Program-made: the position numbers and the translations under genes
Assembly (NCBI GenBank): GCA_950097015.1
Contig: CATNEN010000011.1
Span: 4,216,001 to 4,280,000 of the forward strand
Length of the DNA stretch: 64,000 nt
DNA from: Macrostomum hystrix
Lineage: Eukaryota; Animalia; Platyhelminthes
Direction of reading: 5' to 3'
Shown: positions 33,782 to 43,466 of the stretch, piece by piece
How the letters are laid out: every line of letters starts with the position of its first letter
How positions within the stretch are numbered: position 1 is the first letter of the stretch
The notes under the pieces: generated by a model
The model's input: only the letters and a program-made list of their open reading frames with translations
Told to the model about the DNA's origin: nothing
Database searches by the model: none

Positions 33782-36700
33782 GTGAGCTTCCTGCAGCTGA
33801 ACCTGCACCACTGCATCGCGGCCTCGACCAACCTGGCGCGTGTGGTGGACTTCGAAAAACCGGGCATCATCCTCCTCCAAGAGCCCTGGACGAAGAAAGG
33901 TAAGATTCCGAACATTCCTGCAGGTTTTGACTGTTTTTTCATGCCCCAAAACCCCAGGGCTGCTGTGTTCGCGACTACCGATCTCAAAGCTTGGTATAGA
34001 CCTGACCTCTCTGACAAAGACCTCTGTGTCATCCAAACCAACCACATTCTCTTGAACCGCACCGTCATCATCGCCTCTATCTACATTCCTGGTGACGGTC
34101 CTGCGGTTCCGCCCAGTCTCACTTCCCTCGTGGACTACTGCTCAGACCGCGACTTTAAGCTGCTGGTGGCAGGCGACATTAATGCCCACCACACAGTGGC
34201 AGTGTTACTTCAAACTGCAGAGGCGAGGATCTCCTTGCCTACATCTGCACCACCAATATTGAGTTCTGCAACTCGGGTGGCACACCCACCTTTGACAATG
34301 GGCGATGGACGGAGGTCCTTGACGCCACCCTCGCCTCTCAGGGCCTGATCCCTCTGATCAGGAACTGGCAGGTGTGGGACGAAGAGGAATCTCTGTCTGA
34401 CCATCGCTTCATTCGTTTCCGGTTGCAAAACTCCTACTCCAAGCCTGGTATTCTGTGGAAAAGGAACGCCCGGAATACTGACTGGACGGCCTTTGCGGAA
34501 TCCGTGAAGCGCCAGACCAACCAGTTAGAATCCGTTGTTCCTGCCACCTGTCAAGAAGTGGACGATCTGGCTGATCTACTCAGCATGACCATCTTGACAG
34601 CTCATGAAACCTCTTGCCCCCTTAAAGCCTACAAAGGCAAAAAATCCGCTCCCTGGTGGAACCCAGCGCTTGGAACCCTCCGGCGCAAGGCCAAATCCCT
34701 CCAGCGGATTGCGCGGAAAAGCAAGGACCCAGCTGACCTGACCGCCTACCAGAATGCGATTCGTGACTTTAAGCGTGACACCAGGAAAGCGAAGTCCGAA
34801 AAGTGGCGCCAATACTGCTCCGAGCTGGAGGGCGCCCGCCCAACTTCTCGCGTTGTAAAAGCGCTCACTCTTGACAAAATGTCGAAGCTCTCAGTGATCA
34901 AAAGACCGGACGGCCGGCTTGCTGAGAATCCTGGCGAATCGCTGGACATCATGCTCGCCAGCGCTTTCCCCCAGACTGCGCCGCTTCAGGACCCGCCGGA
35001 CCACACTCCGGGTGGACACATTCTTGCGACAACTATTATCACTAGAGAACGGACAGCTCGCGCTGCTAATTCCTTCTCGCCTTTTAAGTCGCCTGGACCT
35101 GACAACATGTACCCCGCCTTCCTTCACGAAGCGGTGAAAAATGACAGGTTCCTCGGCCTCCTTTGCAACCTGTTCAAGGCCTGTATCACCCTCGGGTACG
35201 TACCCAGGTCTTGGCAGGAAGCCACTATCGTCTTCATCCCCAAAACCTGGGAAGGGAGACTACCACTCCGCCAAAGCCTTCCGCCCCATCAGCTTAACAT
35301 CTTTCTTTCTTAAGCTGCTTGAAAGGCTTGTTCTTTGGCGCCTCCTTCACGTTGAGCTGAGGAACTCCCCGCTCTCCGCCAACCAGCACGCTTTTCGATC
35401 CGGACGTTCCATCGAAAGTGCTCTGCATGCCATTGTCGACAAGCTGGAGCGCGCCGTGCTTGGCACCGGTTTTGCTCTCTCGCTTTTCCTCGACATTGAT
35501 GGTGCCTTCGACAATGTGCTTTTCGGAGCCTTTAGGCGAGCCCTGGAACGCCGGGCTACGCACGAGCACCTCACCCGCTGGATCATGTATATGACCTCTC
35601 ACCGAACTGCCACCTCGCACCTGCTTGGCCACTCCCGTTCTGTGAATGTCCAGAAGGGAGGCCCGCAGGGTGGCGTTCTCAGTCCGATCCTTTGGAACCT
35701 TGTCATGGACGAGCTGCTCTGCAGCCCTGACCCGGACCCGGTCCAAAAAATCGGCTATGCTGACGACGTCACCGCCACCGTGGCCGGACCGTCTCCCCCG
35801 GTCCTTAGAGACCTTTTGCAAGCTTTCATCCACCGTGCCGAGCGCTGGGCCCATAGCTGCGGCCTCAAACTCTATGAGTCCAAGACCGTCGCCATTATGT
35901 TCACCAGCAAACGGAACTGGAGGATTGAGCTTCTCCTTCTCTATGACAAACCCATCGCCATGGAGAAGCAAACCAGATGCTTAGGTGTCATCCTCGACCA
36001 CAGGTTGAGCTGGACACCTCACGTCAAATTCAAAACCCGTAAAGCTCTTGCGACGCTCGCGCAGATCCGCAGAGCCTTCGGCGCCACCTGGGGCCTCACC
36101 CCCCGCCGTCTCTGGTGGATTTACACTACCATTGTAAGACCGGCCATCTCTTTTGCCGGCTTCATCTGGAATAGTGCCCTGGAGACCAAAGGGGTTCTGG
36201 AGGCCCTAAACAAGGTGCAGGGCCGTGCTTGTCGAGCCATCATGAGTGCGGCACCCTCCAGTCCCTTCGCTGGCATGAATGCCTTCCTGGACCTTCCCCC
36301 TTTAGATCTTTTTATCAAGGGGGAAGCGATGAAGACGGCTCGTCCTCTTCTGGACGCGGGCATCTCCATCCGGAAGCAACTTGCCTTCAGCAAGCGGAAC
36401 CTCCAGCCCCATGGCGACCTCAGCCTACGGGACCTGGACGCAGCAGGAGGTCTCAAAATTCTCTCCGACGGAATCCCGTCAACGCTGTGCCCACCGCAAA
36501 AATTCAAAACCAGCATTCCGCCTCGCCAGGAAGTACGTGACCACGGCCAACCCCGTGAAATTCACTGCTTCACCGACGGATCGCAAATCAACTCAGTCTC
36601 TGGTTTCGGCTACTGCATTATGTCCGGAGGGAAAACTGTGGCGACCTTCTCCCAGCACACCGGCATAAACTCTACCGTTTTCCAGAACGAAGTTCTCGCC

Positions 36701-37483
36701 ATCAGCTCCTGCGCCCTGGAGCTGATCAACCAAAACGTCCACGGAGCAGAAATCTTCCTCCACTCGGACAGCCAGGCGGCGATCCATGCCCTTGGACGCA
36801 CGCACACCTGCTCGCGCACAGTCCTCGACTGCGTCGCGCAACTCAACTGCTTAGGGACCCACAACAAGGTGTCCCTAAGGTGGATTCCAGGGCACTCTGG
36901 CCACCCCGGTAACGAATTGGCCGACAGCCTCGCCAAGGCCGGTTCGACGGGTTCGCTTTTTGGCCCCGTGCCTGCGGTCTCCACCCCTACCGCCGTCGTC
37001 AACACTCGGATTAACCAGTGGGTGACCTCAAAGCACAAGGACAGATGGATCAATACCGCCGATTGTCGGCAGTCTCGCGCTGCTGTCCCTTGTCCCTCCA
37101 CTGCCCTTCGCAAAGCCTTGCTTGGACTGAACCGCAAGGACATCAGGGCAGTTACCATGGCCCTCTCTGGCCATGGCTGTTTCGCCAGGCACCGCTTTCT
37201 GCAAGGCAAAATCCGCAGTGAGGAATGCCCCTTCTGCCTCTCCTATGTTGAGGATGCAGAGCATTTTATTTGCGACTGCCCCGCCTTCACTCAGGACAGG
37301 CTCACCTATCTCGGCCCAAACCCGGATCTCCCCGACGTTTTCAGGCCTGAGAACATCTGCCAGCTTGTCCGATACCTGAGGGCCACCGGGCGAGCAACCC
37401 TCCACCTCCTGGACTCTCCGGAGGAGGACCGCGCTGCGGACGCCGGCACCACCGGATCCCCCTGCGCGACACCGCAGCTTTAG
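33782..37483 (+). pseudogene. LINE ORF2 (AP endonuclease, reverse transcriptase, RNase H, CCHC) with two frameshifts (~34198 and ~35243)
   Basis: FLQLNLHHC, LLQEPW, GDINAHH, SDHRFI (APE); [27 protein letters not shown] (RT); FTDGS, EVLAI, SDSQAA, WIPGHSG..GNELAD (RNase H); CPFC..EH..C. One frameshift is an extra A in CAAAACC, the other a 2-nt loss at HTV(W)GS. Confidence 0.92.
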
Positions 37484-39874
37484 TTGCCCGTGGTCGCCAG
37501 GGGCTAGCGGAATGGGCGGCAACGCCTCCCCGCTGCATCCGGAAGATGCCCCCTGCAGCTAAGTCAAGTAAAGACGTCCACTGCCGCTTTTGAAACTCAA
37601 AACTAGATGCTCGAGAGATGTCAGGCCTACTGGCATCAGGACGCTCTCGGCGCAACCAGCTGAGCGCAGACGGTATCGTGGACATAAGCCGGCAGTCAGT
37701 TCACACTTCAGCCCGTCATCAGAGAGTGATAGAACCGCGGCAGATTCAGTTGATGACATTGCGGTGGCTAGTGCGCAGCTACGCTTTTCCACTCTTAGCA
37801 GCGACATTGTAACAGGACAGAGCGGGTAGAATGAGTATCGCCTGAGCATGATTCTTGTCTTCGAGAAATTCAGTGGTGCACCTGGGTGGAGTAAGAATAA
37901 ATAAGTTAAAATGGAGACTGAACATTTGCGGAAACCTGCCATTACTAAGAATTTTTCTCTGTGATGGTTTCTTTTTCTTACGTATTTGTCAGAAGGCTTT
38001 CACATTTTATCCTAAATTTAGAGAAACACATCGTTTCATTTTTTGTTCATAACTTTCACTACTAAAACTTGTACCGCAGAACCTAATGGCTGGTCAAATT
38101 TGGATTATGGAACCAGCGCAACTGGCATGACAATTCAGGCAAGAATAGCGAAAGTTGGGAAATGCTTTTTACTTACCTTTTAACGCTATATTTGGAATTT
38201 TCGGCTTAAATTCGGGATTTGTGATTGCTTCCTAGTAATTGCGCCGCTTATAAGATAACTTCTTTGTTTAAAATGACTTTATCGACACTGGCCCGTTTAG
38301 TGAAAGTCAGAAAGTTACTTGTTGACACAAAAGAATGCACGAAGCTGCAAGCGAAGATACAGAGCAACTGTCCCTGGCTGTAGAATGTTGGGATCATATC
38401 GATACTTTTTTCAACTTTATAGAGAAAACTAAGCAAGCTTTAAGAAACCCTTTAGAGAATGCCCAGCCCTATTATTCTATCTTCATCGTTCAAAAAATCA
38501 AACATTCATACTACTTTGAATTTATCCTGCTTGCTTTACAACTACTGTATGGCTGGTTTAAAGTGACAGTAAATAGGCTGTTTATTTATTTAATTTGTGA
38601 AATAAGTGAAATAATAAAACGCGCACGCCATCTACGGGTGCTGATTTTTTCTTTTATAAATTTTCTGACAATAGTTTACGCGACAAAAAACATTAAAAAA
38701 GCGAAGTTTTGTAATAATCAACTATTGAGCTGGGAAGAGAAAAGCTAAGGTGTTAAAAATAAGAGCAGCAAAAGCACAAGGGACACCATGAATAAAAAAA
38801 TGAATGCATATCGTTAAATTTTAATAGCTTTAGGGCAGCTGTTCCCTTATTTTAGAGATTTCTATGATGTACATAGTGTGACGTTGTCACTTTGCATAGA
38901 AAGTCCATTTGCCTCCGTTCCCTGCGTTTTCGCCGTTGATGAGACCCAGTGAGTCGTACTGCGACTCTTCCCGGTCATTATGGCCAAGGTGGTGCCGTAA
39001 CTCGCTCAGTGTCTCCTTGCATATCTATATGTATATACTCGTATATTGCTGATTTCACGCCTTTACGTTTCTAGCAGTTGAGTTACTATATTGTTACTGT
39101 CAGTAGACGTCGACGTACATCATGCTGCCCCTAAGATGTTTTCTCAATTTTATCAATGTTATTCTCCCTCAGCCAATGAGCGTGCGAGCTCTCTGTTTGC
39201 TCAATTTATCGATCACCCTCGTTTTCCGTCGGCATAGCCTATTTAACTAGGCCCCCTGAGCCCGCCCGCGCTCCGCCGCGCCTCCTCACCTCCGCACCGC
39301 CTCCCCTCCGCGCTGCCTTTCCACTGTCCTGCCGTTCCGTTCAGTTTTGTGCCGTTCTGTTTCCAGTGCTGTTCTATTCCTATTTTTGGGGTGCCCCGCC
39401 GTGCCACCTGGTCTTTACTTGCCTCACCATCAGCACTACTTAGTTTGTTCGTCGGTTGTCAGAGCTCGTGCACCTGCCTTTATTATTCCCGAATTTTCGT
39501 GCGCCCCAGTGAATCAAATAAATAGTCAAGTGCTACCGCTACACTATATTGGATAACTTAGGATTCGTTATTCGCCTTAATAACGTCACAATAGCTAAAG
39601 CTTCAGTGGTTTCCCTATCGTCTTGTGCCATGATGTAGTTTTCAAATGAGCATTGCAGCTCTTAACGTCTTGCCAGCTATTCCTTGGTTTCGATTGTCGT
39701 GGACATGAATGCAGGCAGTAGCAGAGAGAAAGATGACAAAGCTTATCTGCTGCCCTCAAAGCGTTAAGCTAAAATTTGCGTTTTTAGCTCGTCTATGACG
39801 CGATTCTGACATTCCTAGAAGATGCTGCATCGCAATGCTGAAATCAAGTTGAAATAATTTTTCATAGGAGCTCA

Positions 39875-40264
39875 TTACAGTTTGGGTGATTTTCTTAACG
39901 TCTCAATGGTGTCTGCAACATTTCTCGTCTCTTCATAAGTTGGTGCCGCTCCATAAAAATGTGTACCCATTTTTGATGGGGCAGCCGACTTCAAGCGATT
40001 GTACAAGATTCGAGCTTCACGCAGGTTGCCCGACCTGAGAGCCGTTTTGAGCGCGGCTGACTCCTGCCTTCGGACCGGAGCGGAGATTAGAAATTCCGTA
40101 ACAAGCTTTTTTGAGCGAAGCAGCCCATTCAAAATTTCCCTTTCTCTGTCGAGGCAGCTTATGAGCTCACTGATGATCCCATTCCACTGCTGCAGCCTCG
40201 GAATCATCTGTTCCGTTCGATGCACCTCCTCTAGTGTAGTTATAGTAAGTGCTGCACACTTCTC
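39875..40264 (-). pseudogene. Orphan coiled-coil exon of a third TRIM-like paralog
   Basis: A phase-0 acceptor ttttag|GAG opens EKCAAL..LQQWNG..LKTALRSGNLREARILYNRLKS..APTYEE, aligning with NECYRL..LQDSW..LQMFLSAGDMGAAKKAYQKLK..PPS of paralog 2. No RING exon was found upstream in the window. Confidence 0.55.
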
Positions 40265-41644
40265 CTAAAATTTTTAATAAAATTGTAGAAAAAAGACTTA
40301 GCTGAATGACATAATTATCTCTGGGTCTAATTTTACTTGTGAGGCAGTGTATAAATTAGGATTTTTATCATTTTTAATTTCCGCCACTTTTCCTCACGCG
40401 CTAGCTAAATGTCGTTATTTCACGCAGTGCTCTTTGTTCGTAATATTCGCTCTCAAGTGGAAACATGCACCCACCCCAATTTCTTTGCATATATACGAGT
40501 ATATAGAGGAAAATATAAATGCGATCTTGACCTTGCTCAACTTGGCTCACCCTTGCGCACCCCCGCTCAACCTGCTCAACCTGCTCCCTCGCTCCCCAGT
40601 CATACCAATAACACTGGTTAAACTTACTATACGTTCTCGACGAAATATAAGCGATTAAACTTCCTAACTCTTTTCCTGTTTCGCTATTAAATAGACCGAG
40701 TTCCTTAGTTATTTTCCTAAAAAAGGAAAACAGTTATAGATACCTTTGCCTTCCCAATCCTCTCCCAAAGATCTCTCGTCGGCCTTCTTTACCCAAATCC
40801 ACCCTATTATATGATCCCTTTGAAATCCCAATATACCGTCCTAAAATCCCGTCCAAAAGTCCATCTGAAGTCTATCTGAAGTCCACCTAAAAGTTCCCTA
40901 AATACCCCCCTGAAGTCCCTAAACTCCGCCTTTATCCCTCATGAGACTGTACTAATCCCGGACCCCATAGAGGAAAGTAAGTGAGAGCGCGAAGGACGTT
41001 CACCAGGCAACTTCAATCCATCCTGATACGCCCCACGGACTGTGTGCCCCAGATCAGTGACCTTAGCCCTCGTGCCAGCAGCAGTAAATTCCGCTCCCAT
41101 TGTTAGTAGCTAGTGTCTTGCCGCTCGGGCATTAGCGCTACCTTAGGTATAACACGAACAGCGTGAAAAATACCTATTCTCACCCTCATAAATTACGCTA
41201 CCATCCCCCCCAAATACTCAGCTCACCAATCCCAAATCCAACAAATAGAGAGAGAGCTGAGAGGTCTGCTACACTTGAGAACTCTAATTGCTGACAGTTC
41301 GTCATGGGATAATTTTCGCGAGATTTGCATCTAGGAGCTCACTACACTTTTATGGAGATTTAAGCCTCATCTCACTATTCAACCTTTTTCTGTCATGGTC
41401 TTCATTATGACGGAACGATGGATGGATGGTGTTAGATTGAAAGAACACAGGGGGCATTTCAAATACCCCATTTTTCTTTTTTTCTGTATCTACCTAGTTG
41501 AAATTTATCCCCCAGTAATTATTACTTATTATTTCATTATTTAATTGATTTTAATCATTTTAATTATGCAAAATAAGTCAGACAATTCAGATTCACTTGA
41601 GTTCATAGAATCATTTAGATGAGCTACAGTTCAATGCCGCATCA

Positions 41645-41710
41645 ATCCCCCAGTTGACAGTAATCCCCATTTGATGATGATCACCCAGTTGACAATGACC
41701 CCCAGTTGAA
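41645..41710. repeat. Short remnant (~4 units) of the 17/18-bp satellite seen at 54.5-59.5 kb
   Basis: CCCCCAGTTGACAGTAATCCCCATTTGATGATGATCACCCAGTTGACAATGACCCCCAGTTG. Confidence 0.85.
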
Positions 41711-41886
41711 TTTTTATATTAGCTGCTTATGTAGAAAATTGAGAAGAACAACAATTAATGAATATTAGGCAAAATTATTATCATACAAATATATCATTAT
41801 GACGTTATAAGATAACAAAACCAAAATGTAGAGGATTCAATTCAATGACAAAAGAAAATTTCTGCCATGATTGAAACTCTGGTGGG

Positions 41887-42037
41887 TGTAATAACTAAGG
41901 CCGAGGCTATTTTTAGTGAGCAGACAAAACTCTCAATCTTGACTGCCACGCTGAGTGCGCGTCCATATATTATTTGCTAGAACTGGGGTGGCGACACCCA
42001 CCCCACTCCGCAACCAATCAAACGACCCAGATGTACA
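41887..42037 (-). mobile_element. LTR-like segment (TG...CA, ~150 bp) related to the LTRs of the nested Gypsy
   Basis: Minus strand TGTACA..GATTGG..GGGGTGGGTGTCGCCACCCCAG..AAATAATATA..TTACA parallels GATTGGGGGGTGGGTACGCCCACCCCAG..AAATATAATA..TTACA. No TSD or PPT. Confidence 0.55.
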
Positions 42038-42451
42038 CCTGGCGTCCGCTCGCTGCTTCATCGCGGCCTTGGCGCTCGCATCCATCTCTCGCAGCCGCTG
42101 CTCGTTGATGGGGACGCGCTGGGATGGCCGGGCGGCGGGGATGACATCGTTTGGTCGCCGGCCCATCAGCAGCTCGGCTGGCGCGCGGCCCGTGGCTGTG
42201 TGCGGCGTGTTCCTGTAGGCCAGCAGCCACTCGTCCAGAGCAGCCCTCCAGTCGCGCCGCTCCTCGATTGCCGCCCGCACGACCTTGTTGATTGAGCGGT
42301 TCAGCCGCTCTGTCATGCCGTTGGCGGCTGGGTAGTAAGGCGTGATGAGGCGGTATTTAATGCCGTAGCTTTCTAGGAAACGGCCAAACTCCTTGGATGA
42401 AAATGGCGGCCCGTTGTCAGTTACGAGCTCCTGCGGGATGCCAAATCGCGC

Positions 42452-42651
42452 TGTTAGCAGCTTAGAGTTCGCGGCCCGCAGTGTACACTGCGGGGGGTAG
42501 AGCGTACACGCCTGCGTGCGTGCTTGCGTGGCGTGATTGGGGGGTGGGTACGCCCACCCCAGTGTTTCTGGCCAAATATAATAGTGCTAGCGAGCCGGTA
42601 TGGCTCTTCGCGTATTTGTGTGCATGCTACCTGACAAACCAGCGTCTTACA
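42452..42651 (+). repeat. 5' LTR (200 bp)
   Basis: TGTTAGCAGC...CGTCTTACA; matches 47173-47372 with no difference seen. Confidence 0.96.
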
Positions 42652-42652
42652 C

Positions 42653-42665
42653 TGGTGGCAGCGGT
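42653..42665 (+). promoter_or_regulatory. Primer-binding site complementary to tRNA-Leu 3' end
   Basis: TGGTGGCAGCGGT is the reverse complement of ACCGCTGCCACCA, the 3' end of animal tRNA-Leu (AAG/UAG type). Confidence 0.85.
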
Positions 42666-42671
42666 CTCAGC

Positions 42672-43466
42672 ATGACTAAGCAAGAATCTTTACTGCCGCA
42701 AAAGTTCAGCGGCGCCGGCAGTGACTCAAATGTCAGAATGTGGCTAAGCATGTTTGAAGACTTCGCCGATGACAGCGACTGGGACGATAAGAAGAAGGCG
42801 AAGAAGTTGAAGTTGCTGCTGTCTGGAGAGGCACAGATCTTTGTGTGGGAACTTCCAGACGAAAAGAAAGTGAGCTACGAGCAGCTTAAGGTGGAGCTCA
42901 TCGGGCACTTCGGCGACAGCCTGAGCAGCTACCGGGCGATGGAGGAGTTTGAGGAACGCAAACGTCGGCCAAATGAGTCTTTGAGAGAGCTGGCGTACAA
43001 CCTCAAGCTGCTGCACCTCCGGGCTCGGCCAGACGACTCTGTGGACGCCAGGGAGAAGGACGTGAAGTTCCGCTTGATGCGCCTCCTCCCAGCAGCTGTA
43101 AGAGATACGCTGCTCAAAGACCAGGACGCGGACTCCTGTCCGTTGACAGTCCTGATTGACCGGGCGGCCCGCATTGAGTTGGTGAGTCGCCAGTCATCAG
43201 CGACGTCAGCAGCCGTGACGGCGGAGGACAGTCGGATCAGCCGTCTGGAGCAGCAGGTTCAGCAGCTGGCTGCAGGTGTGCGAACGGGAGCCGCAGGCAA
43301 GGAAAGCCGTCAAAGGGCCATCAAGTGCTTCAGCTGCGGGGAAGTTGGCCACATCGCGAGGCAGTGCCCGAGAGCGGCAGGAGCCCGCTGCAGCAGGTGC
43401 TCAGGCAAGGGGCACACGGCGGCGGTCTGCCCGACACCAGCTGCACAGCCGCAGGGAAACTGCTGA
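42672..43466 (+). CDS. gag: Gypsy Gag (264 aa) with two CCHC zinc knuckles
   Basis: PQKFSG..WL..FE..A..W..K..L...L.GEA capsid-like region; CFSCGEVGHIARQC and CSRCSGKGHTAAVC. Confidence 0.93.
   Translation: MTKQESLLPQKFSGAGSDSNVRMWLSMFEDFADDSDWDDKKKAKKLKLLLSGEAQIFVWELPDEKKVSYEQLKVELIGHFGDSLSSYRAMEEFEERKRRPNESLRELAYNLKLLHLRARPDDSVDAREKDVKFRLMRLLPAAVRDTLLKDQDADSCPLTVLIDRAARIELVSRQSSATSAAVTAEDSRISRLEQQVQQLAAGVRTGAAGKESRQRAIKCFSCGEVGHIARQCPRAAGARCSRCSGKGHTAAVCPTPAAQPQGNC

Larger units (their letters stand above)
31493..37572 (+). mobile_element. Full-length non-LTR retrotransposon, LOA/Lian-like (R1 group), with 12-bp TSD
   Basis: TSD GACGTCCACTGC at 31481-31492 and 37573-37584; ~770-nt 5' UTR; ORF1; ORF2 with APE-RT-RNase H-CCHC; 3' tail AAGTCAAGTAAA. 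Confidence 0.93.
31015..37942 (-). pseudogene. Secreted family copy C, split by a 6.08-kb LINE; 5' half 37942-37573, 3' half 31492-31015, with an extra frameshift near 31262
   Basis: The 5' half ends ..LSFKSGSGR and the 3' half resumes SGRRVWDLMTQS..; the duplicated GACGTCCACTGC marks both junctions. Confidence 0.88.

Noticed and set aside
38873-39600. Possible MITE bounded by TGTGACGTT inverted copies
   Set aside because: Only ~9 bp of inverted match and no TSD found.
40300-41640. RING/B-box exon for the third TRIM-like paralog
   Set aside because: No Cys/His pattern was found on the minus strand in this interval.
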